From Mycoplasmoides pneumoniae FH (lineage in GTDB: Bacteria > Bacillota_I > Bacilli_A > Mycoplasmatales > Mycoplasmoidaceae), in NCBI RefSeq assembly GCF_001272835.1, contig NZ_CP010546.1, forward strand, positions 150,001-182,000: DNA of 32,000 nt. Direction: 5' to 3'. This document shows positions 19,293 to 28,086 of this stretch, in pieces (the stretch's first letter is position 1; each line of letters opens with the position of its first letter). The notes beneath the pieces are model-generated. The model was not told the origin of the DNA, made no database searches, and saw only the letters and a program-made list of their open reading frames with translations. A program made the translations under genes and the position numbers.

Positions 19293-19334
19293 TACCAACA
19301 GTAAGTGTTAAAACTTGCTGTTGGTATTTTTATT
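19293..19334 (+). terminator. Rho-independent terminator
   Basis: A 14-bp stem (taccaacagtaagt / acttgctgttggta, including 1 G-U pair) with loop gttaaa is followed by tttttatt. The RepMP2/3 copy begins immediately after it. Confidence 0.7.
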
Positions 19335-21092
19335 CCCCCACGCTTTCCCGCTTCTCCACCGGGTTCAACCTCGCGGGGGCACTCCTCGACCAGGTGTTGG
19401 ATTATGTGCCCTGGATTGGGAATGGGTACAGGTATGGGAATAACCACCGGGGGAGCAACAGTAGTACGAGTGGGGTAACGACCCAGGGACAATCCCAAAA
19501 TGCATCCAGTAACGAACCCGCACCGACGTTTTCGAATGTCGGCGTTGGTCTCAAAGCCAATGTCAACGGCACCTTAAGTGGTTCGCGAACTACGCCTAAT
19601 CAGCAAGGCACTCCCTGGTTAACCCTCGACCAAGCCAACCTCCAGCTCTGAACGGGCGCGGGGTGAAGGAATGATAAGAACGGACAAAGTGACGAAAACT
19701 ACACCAATTTCGCGAGTGCTACGGGCAGTACGAACCAGCAGGGTTCAACAACGGGTGGATCAGCGGGCAACCCCGACTCGTTAAAGCAGGATAAGGCTGA
19801 TAAAAGTGGTGATTCGGTAACGGTTGCAGAAGCCACATCGGGCGACAACTTGACGAATTACACCAACCTCCCCCCAACCTCACCCCCACATCCGACTGAC
19901 CGAACGCGCTGTCATTCACCAACAAGAACAACGCCCAGCGGGTGCAGCTGTTCCTGCGCGGCCTGTTGGGCAGCATCCCGGTGTTGGTCAATAAGAGTGG
20001 GCAAGATGATAACAGTAAGTTTAATTCCACCGACCAAAAATGGTCTTACACCGAATTAAAGTCGGATCAAACCAAGCTCAACCTCCCCGCTTATGGTGAG
20101 GTGAATGGATTGTTGAATCCGGCGTTGGTGGAAACCTATTTTGGGACGACGCTTACGTCTAGCACTGCGAACCAAAACAGTACAACCGTCCCCAGTATCG
20201 GTTTTAAAATTCCCGAACAAAATAATGATTCAAAGGCTGTGCTGATCACCCCCGGGTTGGCTTGAACGCCCCAGGACGTCGGTAACCTCGTTGTCAGTGG
20301 TACCAGCTTGAGCTTCCAGCTCGGCGGGTGGTTAGTTACGGTTCACGGACTTTATCAAACCCCGCGCGGGTTATTTGGGCCTCCAGTTAAGTGGCCTGGA
20401 TGCCAGTGACAGCGACCAAAGGGAGTTAATTTGGGCCAAGCGGCCCTGAGCGGCATTTCGTGGCAGTTGGGTCAACCGGTTGGGACGGGTCGAGAGTGTG
20501 TGGGATTTGAAGGGGGTGTGGGCGGATCAAGCTCACAGCGCGGTGTCCGAGTCGCAAGCAGCTACAAGTAGTACCACCACCACCGCAACAGGGGACACCT
20601 TACCGGAGCACCCGAATGCCCTCGCGTACCAAATTAGCTCCACCGACAAGGATTCGTACAAGGCTTCCACTCAAGGCTCCGGTCAAACCAATTCCCAAAA
20701 CACCTCCCCCTACCTGCATTTGATTAAACCTAAAAAAGTTACTGCTTCCGACAAGTTAGACGACGATCTTAAAAACCTGTTGGACCCCAACGAGGTTCGG
20801 GTGAAGCTGCGCCAAAGCTTTGGTACAGACCATTCCACCCAACCCCAACCCCAAGCCCTCAAAACAACGACACCGGTGTTTGGGACGAATAGTGGTAACC
20901 TCGGTAGTGTGCTTAGTGGTGGGGGTACCACGCAGGACTCAAGCACCACCAATCAACTGTCACCCGTTGAACGGGTGAGTGGGTGGCTTGTGGGGCAGTT
21001 ACCAAGCACGAGTGACGGAAACACCTCCTCCACCAACAACCTCGCGCCTAATACTAATACGGGGAATGAGGTGGTGGGGGTGGGAGATTTGT
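19335..21092 (+). repeat. RepMP2/3 element, long copy
   Basis: The first ~300 nt parallel P1 31683-32000. The rest encodes peptides I recognise as the central and C-terminal parts of P1 ([99 protein letters not shown]). Confidence 0.85.
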
Positions 21093-21127
21093 CTAAGCGA
21101 GCTTCCATTGAATCAAGTCGTTTGTGA
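19394..21127 (+). pseudogene. P1-like coding remnant with two frame changes (track ORFs 19394.., 19942.., 20480..21127)
   Basis: The P1-like reading frame is frame 2 up to ~19870-19900, frame 1 up to 20340, and frame 2 from 20342. The final 215-codon piece, 20480..21127, may be annotated as a separate ORF. Confidence 0.5.
21086..21123 (-). pseudogene. Fragment of a DUF16 gene 3' end (..[12 protein letters not shown]) fused to the end of the RepMP2/3 copy
   Basis: Plus-strand gatttgtctaagcgagcttccattgaatcaagtcgttt closely matches 26800-26840 (gattttgtctaagcgagtttccattgaatccaagcgattt), which is the antisense of the DUF16 C-terminus. Confidence 0.5.
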
Positions 21128-21602
21128 ATAGCATTAAAACCTTAGCTAACGCTAACTTTGGGCGATTTAATCCACTTAGTTTTGAACTCCTTAAATTTGT
21201 GTTTTTCTTGACTTTGCTAAAAAAACAATTCAAAGAGGCTTGCAATGAACAGGTCAGCACTGCTAAATTGGTGAGTGCAAGAACTAAATAAAAGTAATTA
21301 TTTTGTAATTTTTCGGCGGTCTTGCCATACATCAATTAAATGCTTGATCAAAACCAAGGTGTCAAAATTTAGTGCACAATTGCTAAGAGCGCCTGTATAT
21401 TTAGAGTAAAACTACTTAAATTGCTAAAAATTAACCGTTTTTGAATTAGTTTTAGGGTCAAAATTAGGCCAATTTCCCGCTTTCTTTTTTTAAAAAATCT
21501 CTACTTTTTACCCCCTAAATAACCTAACAACTACACAATTAATTCCCAATTAATGTAAATTTATCTAAATTGTTCACCGTAGTTAGTTCAATTTAGGTAA
21601 AG

Positions 21603-22508
21603 ATGAAAGGGTTTTCTTGCTCCAGACCGGGCTATCTTACTGGTCTCTTGCTCCTCGCTGTAGCCCCTATTCTCACTGCTTGTACCCGCGACTATACTAC
21701 CAAGAACGAATTTCAATTAACAACAGCTCAACAGGCCAAATTAAAGCCAGCCACCATCGAATATTGGCGTGATGGTGATACGCCTGAGATCAATTACGCA
21801 AGCGAAGAGCGCCGAAAGGAAGCTGAACAAAAATCTAAAGAAAACGCTAAGAAAGAAGACAAAAAAGAGGAAAAGAAAACTGAAGATTCCCAAGATTCTT
21901 CTTCTGCATCCACGCAAGTTCGTAGTAGTAAACACGGTCTCCGCATCTATGGAATAGATACACCCGAAAAACATGTAAGTAGCAAAGGCGATAGCACCGG
22001 TGATGAAAAAATCGAAGCCGAAAAGGCCTCTAACTATGCTGAAAAGCTAATCCCTAAAGGCAGTACTGTTTGGGTTTGATCACTCAACACTTACAGCTAT
22101 GATCGTGAAGTGGGCGCTTTATTCTTTAAGTCTAACCCTAAGCAAACCTTCTTCCAATCCTTTGAAGTAGCTATGGTTGAGGCTGGTCATGCTATTCCAA
22201 TTGCTGGGACTGGTTTAAATTTAATCGCTGATCCGGAATTAAGTGCTGATGATCCTTTAAGTGTCATTGGTCTACAGTTAGCCAACGCTGCCAATAAGGC
22301 TTACAACGCTAAAATTAACATTTGGAGCCATGACACTGATGGTTATCGTTCCTTGACTGCTGTTTACAAGTTAAGGGGCGCTGATATTAGTTGAACCCGT
22401 TTCCTAGATGAAGCCAATGGATATTCCTCTGCTAGTGCTGGAACCGGTGCTAGTTTGTACCAACTCTGAGATCAACGTCAAGCCAAATTAGCCCAAAAGG
22501 GTAGTTAA
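21603..22508 (+). CDS. Membrane lipoprotein with staphylococcal-nuclease (SNase) domain and E/K/S-rich insert
   Basis: ORFs 21603..22079 and 22110..22394 and the tail to TAA 22506-22508 are in one frame through three TGA codons (301 aa). It has a lipobox LTAC (Cys27) and SNase motifs DGDTPEI and GLRIYGIDTPEK. I recognise it as the MPN133-type Ca-dependent nuclease. Confidence 0.85.
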
Positions 22509-22531
22509 TGAAAGCAGTTTAAATCAGCAAT

Positions 22532-24292
22532 ATGGAAAAGATACAAGCGGAAAAATCCCAAAGTGCAATTGAGTTTAAGAATATTGTAGTCGACTTTGGT
22601 GAGTCAATCGCAATTGATAACATTAACCTCACGGTTAAAAAGAAGGAGTTAGTTACCTTACTAGGTCCTTCTGGGTGTGGGAAAACAACTTCGCTTTCCG
22701 TGATTGCGGGTCTTATCGCCCCTACTAGTGGTCAGGTTTTATTTAATGGTTATGATGTCACAAAAAAGCCACCACAACAACGCAAACTGGGATTAGTGTT
22801 CCAAAACTATGCCTTGTATCCGCACATGAGTGTGTTTGAAAACATTGTCTTCCCACTCTACAGTGATACGTCTTGACGCGAAGCCATCTTTGAAAAAAAT
22901 ACCTGAGCGCAACACGACATTAATTGCTTGATCTTAAAGGCTAATGGTGCTACTAGTGAGGAGCTGGCAGAGCTCAATCGTTTAATGCAACAACGAATCG
23001 ATGAGCCCAAACGAATGGCTTACCAGATTAATGATTTGATGGTAAGTGTGTTTCAAAAACAGAGTGAACTGGAAGCTAACCTAAAGTTAATTCCCCGCAA
23101 AAAACAGTTTGCCATTATTTCACTCAGCAAGGAAACACTAAGTCAAATAAGGGATGTTGAAACTAAAGCCAAGGCTGCATTGGAAACCGCTGATAGTGCT
23201 GAAGTGGAGCAGACCATTAAGAGTGAACTTAAGCAAAAACTAAGTGAAATTAAGGCTAATTACCACGATGAAAAGGCCAACATTAAAGCTTACTGATGGG
23301 AAATGTTGGCCAATATTAAGACCGAATTAAAAACCGAAAAAACTGCCATTAAGCAAACTAATGACTATGCCAAATTGAAGGAATTGAAGTGAAAGATCCA
23401 CTTTGAACCCTTGAATTTAAAGAAGCAGTACCGCAGTTACTTTAAACAACTAAAAGCCAAATACAGCTTAAAAGATGGCAATTTAACTGAAAGCGAATTA
23501 AGTCAAATTGAGGAGTTGCAAAAACGGATTGTTTCGCTCAAAGATTTCATTAACCGCACTGCTAAAGAAGTAGCTGAAAAACTGGAAATTACTAAGATTC
23601 TCCACAAGCGCCCCGCTAATATTTCTGGGGGTCAACAACAACGGGTAGCTATTGCTAGAGCAATTGTTAGAAGACCTAAGGTTCTACTTATGGACGAACC
23701 GTTGTCCAACTTAGATGCGAAGTTGCGGGTACAAACACGGCAATGGATCCGTAAGTTCCAGCAAGACCTGCAAATTACTACTGTCTTTGTGACTCACGAT
23801 CAGGAAGAGGCAATGAGTATTAGCGACACGATTGTCTGCATGTCAACTGGTAAGGTACAGCAAATAGGCTCCCCTTCCGAGTTGTACTTAAAACCGGCCA
23901 ATGAGTTCGTTGCTACCTTTTTGGGTAGCCCGGAAATGAATATCGTCAACGCTACGGTTAAAGCTGGACAGCTGTTGTGAAACGAAAGTCCCCTAGTTAA
24001 AACAAAGTTTGATTTACCTGATGGTGCCATTCGGGTTGGTTTCCGTTATGATGAGGTAACGGCTCCCAAAAACGATGGTAGTCCCGTATTTAGCGGTACC
24101 CTTATAAGTGTGGAAAACCTAGGGAAACACATGGTTGGGGTTGTGGAGAGCAATGGGGTACAGCTCAATGTGCGCTTAGAATTGAGCCACCAGTTTGAAG
24201 TAGGTAATGCAGTTAAGTTTACGATTAAGCCTAATGGCTTACACTTCTTTGATCCCCAAACAACGCAACGGGTGGAGGTAAAACATGTTTAA
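22532..24292 (+). CDS. ugpC: ABC transporter ATP-binding protein (UgpC/MalK-like) with a large internal insertion
   Basis: Four track ORFs (22532.., 22928.., 23411.., 24110..) are in frame 2 and joined through TGA codons; I checked the junctions codon by codon (586 aa). Motifs: Walker A GPSGCGKTT, Q-loop LVFQNYALYPH, signature ISGGQQQRV, Walker B LLMDEPLSNLD, H-loop VTHDQ. Confidence 0.85.
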
Positions 24293-25274
24293 GTGATTGT
24301 TAAAGCACCGCTCTAAACCAACGCCATTGGAGCTGGGAATCTTTGACCAAAAGGTTTCCTTTTGAAAACCATTTTTGCTGTTTTGCCCAGCTTTATTAAC
24401 TACCTTTCTCTTTACTTTAGTACCGTTCTTCCTTACGTTACAGAAAGGGTTTAGTCACAATGAGGACATCTACCGGGTTGATTCCCAACAGTTTGGCTTT
24501 CAAACTTTCGCTAACCTTTTTAGTGAGTCCAACTTTATTTTGGGCTTGCGCAATTCCTTTTTGTACTCGATTATTTCCCTACCACTGACAATTGTGCTAG
24601 CAATTATTATTTCTAGTGCCATTGTCTTTGTGTACCGGAAGTTAGCACGGGGCTTTTGACAAACAGTATTCTTTTTACCCTATGTAACTTCCGGAGTAGC
24701 GGTTTCGATTGCTTTTATTTATATTTTGGACTCCTCTTCGGGAATCTTAAACAACATCTTTCATGTCAACATTAAGTGGTTAGATTCGGGGGAACGTGAT
24801 ACCTTTAATGCCTTATGGGGAATTCTTATCTTTGGAATTTGGAAGAACATGGCTTTTAATGTGCTGGTAATATCAACCGCCATGTTAAGTGTGGATCCTA
24901 CTTTATATAAGGTAGCTAACTTAGATGGTGCAAAACCAATTAGGCAGTTCTTTAAGATTACCTTACCTTCAATCCGCCCAACCTTAATTTTCCTGTTGAC
25001 CCTGTTAATTTTGGGCGGAATGCAGGTGTTTCCAATTTCGTTGTTTAACGGGAATGATAGTGAAGCTGTAACCAATGGGGGTTCGACCATCTTGCTTTAC
25101 ATCTTCCAAAAGATTCGTGATCAGAATAACAATTTTGCTGGTGCTGCTACCTTGGTGTTGTTCATCTTGGGGGTTTGTTATGGGTTAGTGTTGCGCAATG
25201 GTTTTCGCTTAATTGAATGAGCGCAGTGAAAGATAAAGAGACATTATGTTCAAACAAAGCTTAATCTGGTATAA
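24285..25274 (+). CDS. ugpA: ABC transporter permease (UgpA/MalF-like)
   Basis: ATG 24285 overlaps the ugpC stop by 8 nt. The ORF reads through TGA codons and joins 24375..24659 and 24726..25220 to TAA 25272-25274 (329 aa). It is multi-helix hydrophobic with an EAA-like loop (ANLDGAKPIRQFFKITLP). Confidence 0.8.
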
Positions 25275-26205
25275 CCGTTACGTCCAAAAACGGAAGAAGG
25301 GTTTAGATCTCACCATTAAAGATCGATCTTGATCGAATGTATTGTTGGGTTTAATCTTTAAAACGGTGGTGTTGTGCTTCTTTGGTTTAATGGTCATCTT
25401 TCCCTTTTATTTGATGCTGGTGGTAGCACTCACCAGTGATGAAGTGGTCTTAAACATTCGTGAACCAATTCTCAAATCCGATGGGTGGCACTTCGAGAAC
25501 TTCCGCCGTGTTTTGGAAGATGGTAAATACCTTAATGCCATTTGGATTAACAGCTTAGTAACAATTTTGTCGATTATCCTACGGCTTTTCTTTACCGTTA
25601 GCATGGGCTATGCCTTTTCGTTAAAAAAGTGAAAGCTCAAGAAGCTGTTTTGGTTTATCTTTTTGGCAGTGTTAATTTTACCCGAATCGGCCTTGCTAAT
25701 TGGTCAGTATCGTGTGGTGGTAGTTGCCAATTGAAATCAACCAGAAAAACCAGCGATTATCTTGGGCTTAACAATGCCATTTGTCGCTTCTGTGTTCTCT
25801 GGGTTTATGTTCCGTACTGCCTTTGAAGCAATTCCACCACGAATTAAAGAATCGGCCTTTGTTGATGGTTGTACAGGGTTGAGGTACTTCCTCAAAATTG
25901 CCTTTCCAATGGTACGTAGTACCACTTGAACGGTAAGTATTTTAACGGCCTTTGCGGCGTGAAATTCTTACTTATGACCGTTATTGTTACTAACAAACAG
26001 ACCCGATCTCAACATTAACCTGTGGGTGTTGGCGCAAGGGACTGATGGCAATGCCGGGCAAAGTGACGAACAAATCCGGGTGTTGTTGAATTTAAAGATG
26101 GCAGCAGCCATTTTAGCAATTCTGCCAATGTTTATTGTTTACTTCTTGTTTAGGAAAAGGATTATGAAAGCCGTGGGATCACGTGCCAATACGATTAAAG
26201 GATAG
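25246..26205 (+). CDS. ugpE: ABC transporter permease (UgpE/MalG-like)
   Basis: ATG 25246 overlaps ugpA by 29 nt. Track ORFs 25342.. and 25984.. are in frame 1 and joined through several TGA codons (319 aa). EAA loop: ESAFVDGCTGLRYFLKIAFP. Confidence 0.8.
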
Positions 26206-26207
26206 TT

Positions 26208-26366
26208 ATGGACAGCTTAAAGCATTTTTGACAACAACTAGTAATGTGATCAAAAACTGTTACCTTTTGAATCATAGTAGCAGTAGGGATTGCTTTTTGT
26301 GCCTTTGCCATTTGGGGCATTATTGCTTGCATTGAAACGATTATCAAAGAAGGGGCGTTGTTGTAA
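26208..26366 (+). CDS. Candidate 52-aa single-pass membrane protein MDSLKHFWQQLVMWSKTVTFWIIVAVGIAFCAFAIWGIIACIETIIKEGALL
   Basis: The ATG lies 2 nt after the ugpE stop. The ORF is invisible in the track because it contains three in-frame TGA codons. It has one clear hydrophobic helix and a TAA stop at 26364-26366. Confidence 0.4.
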
Positions 26367-26617
26367 GTTAGCTTTCTTAGCTTTTTTATAAAAACACCAG
26401 ATTGATATTTAGCCTTTTTGAGTTAGCTGTTCTCACTGCTTTTGGCGGTTGCTATACAGAATGAAGGTCGTTTGTAAAGGAACGTAAACTTTGCTAACTT
26501 AAAGATCTCTTTTTGGGTTTTAGGTGTTTTATTTTTGTTACATAAAATGAAGAAAAGGTTAGGAAACTACTTGCAATCAAAAAAAGCGTTTTAGGTAAAA
26601 AAAGTGCTTTGTTTCAT

Positions 26618-26650
26618 AACCACCCTTCGAGGTGGTTTTTTATTTGTTTT
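26618..26650 (+). terminator. Rho-independent terminator downstream of the ABC operon
   Basis: Stem aaccacc / ggtggtt with loop cttcga is followed by tttttatttgtttt. Confidence 0.7.
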
Positions 26651-26715
26651 ATAGCTTTGTATACGAATTCACTCTATAGATATAGGGTGCTTTTATTTTC
26701 TGGCAAGCTGAAAAG

Positions 26716-26766
26716 GGTAAAAAATACCAAAAGTTAGCAGTTAAGAAACCACTAAGAATTGGTATT
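26716..26766 (-). terminator. Imperfect hairpin terminator after the minus-strand DUF16 gene
   Basis: On the minus strand: ataccaa ... ttggtat with inner ttag/ctaa pairing, followed by tttttt. It has the same ..TTGGTATTTTT.. ending as the other module terminators. Confidence 0.4.
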
Positions 26767-26782
26767 TTGGTTTTACTAAATA

Positions 26783-27358
26783 CTATTTGGGTGGATCGAT
26801 TTTGTCTAAGCGAGTTTCCATTGAATCCAAGCGATTTTCCATAGAGTCTAAACGTCCTTCAACAGAATCAAGGCAACCTTCTATTGAATCCAAGCGATTT
26901 TCCATAGAATCAAGACGACTATCCATAGAGTCTAGACGACCTTCAATAGAGTCGAAGCGTTTATTGGTGGATTCTATACTTTCAACCAAAAGGTTTTCCA
27001 AACGATCCATGCGGGCGTTAAACTCTTGTCTTTGCGCTTTTTGCTCCACTTGAAGTTCTCTAATTTGCTCGCCCTGGATTCTTATTTGTTCACCTTGGGC
27101 AGCCAAAGTGGTTTCAATCTTTATGAGTCGTTGGTCGTTTGAGTCTTTGTACTCGTTAAACTCTTTGCGCGTTACGTATTCCGTGTTCACTGGTATAACC
27201 GGTTTGTTAAGTTTAAATTGTCTATTGAAATTGCCAGAGAATTCCACACTTTTGTTTTCTGGATTAATGATGTATCAGCCCGAAAAAGTGCCCTTTTTGG
27301 TCTTTTTCATCATCTCGTTAAATTCCTTTTCGTTATAAAACGGAATTTTCTCTTTCAT
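26783..27358 (-). CDS. DUF16/UPF0134-family coiled-coil protein
   Basis: Track ORF 26783..27247 extends upstream through TGA to ATG 27358 (191 aa). The N-terminus is [48 protein letters not shown]. The C-terminus is nearly identical to that of the plus-strand gene at 14451. Confidence 0.8.
26813..26959 (-). repeat. 21-bp heptad tandem repeat, 7 units
   Basis: It encodes [49 protein letters not shown], followed by RLDKIDPPK. Confidence 0.85.
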
Positions 27359-27474
27359 TAATAAGCGACTCCTTTCTTTTCAGTGAAATTTAAAAAGTAA
27401 CTACTACTTGCAACTCAGTTGCCAACAGGGATCAGACCATTTACTGATCAATTTAAAAAATAAAAGATTTGCAT
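27358..27474 (-). CDS. Candidate 38-codon upstream ORF MQIFYFLNWSVNGLIPVGNWVASSSYFLNFTEKKGVAY
   Basis: GGAGG precedes the ATG (plus-strand cat 27472-27474). There are two in-frame TGA codons. The stop overlaps the DUF16 start as TAATG. Confidence 0.4.
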
Positions 27475-27545
27475 TTTGCTCCTCCACTAAATAAATTGAC
27501 CGGCTTATTGAGAAGTGCCAACAAAATTGCAAAAAATTTCAAATG
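27359..27545 (-). repeat. Repeated leader module, copy c
   Basis: The reverse complement aligns with copy a from ggtatttttattcattt through the SD, uORF and agaaagga. Confidence 0.6.
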
Positions 27546-27580
27546 AATAAAAATACCAATAGCAATTTAGCCATTGGTAT
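27543..27580 (-). terminator. Rho-independent terminator between the two DUF16 genes (possibly bidirectional)
   Basis: Hairpin ataccaatggc / gctattggtat (minus-strand reading, 1 mismatch) is followed by ttttatt. A T-run is also present on the plus side. Confidence 0.6.
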
Positions 27581-27594
27581 TTTTTAGTCTACAG

Positions 27595-28086
27595 TTATTT
27601 AGGCGGATCGATTTTGTCTAAACGAGTTTCTATTACGTCGAGGCGTTTACCAAAATCAGTCAAAGTGTTTCCGATTGATTCTAGACTTTTAAGCACAAGA
27701 CTTTCAAAGCGATCCATGCGGGCGTTCATTGCTTCACCCTGGGTTTTGATTTGTTGACTCTGAACCATAACAACTTCAGTTAGTCGATCAACTTTGTCCT
27801 CAACAACTTGAATCCTTTGACCCTGACTCTTTAACTCAGTTTCAATCTTTGTAAGTTTTTGGTCGTTTGAGTCTTTGTACTCGTTAAATTCTTTACGCGT
27901 TACGTATTCTGTGTTCACTGGTATAACTGGTTTGTTAAGTTTAAATTGTCTGTTGAAACTGCCAGAGAATTCCACACTGTTGTTATTTTTATTGATGATG
28001 TATCAACCCGAAAAAGTGCCCTTTTTGGTCTTTTTCACCATGTCATGGAATTCTTTTTCGTTATAAAACGGAATTTTCTCTTTCAT
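27595..28086 (-). CDS. DUF16/UPF0134-family protein (short form without the RLDSME array)
   Basis: Track ORF 27595..27975 extends through TGA to ATG 28086 (163 aa). It has the same N-terminal domain ([48 protein letters not shown]) and ends [10 protein letters not shown]. Confidence 0.8.

Noticed and set aside
21093-21335. 80-aa minus ORF downstream of the RepMP2/3 copy
   Set aside because: It has no RBS or leader and is out of frame with the adjacent DUF16-like fragment ([11 protein letters not shown] is in another frame). It is most likely non-coding debris of a former DUF16 module.
26367-26617. Short ORFs (e.g. a 15-codon MKKRLGNYLQSKKAF) and motif ctttgctaacttaaag..ctttttgggtttt resembling 14386-14425
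   Set aside because: The similarity is short and rearranged in order. The ORFs are too small and lack a supporting RBS or conservation within the window.
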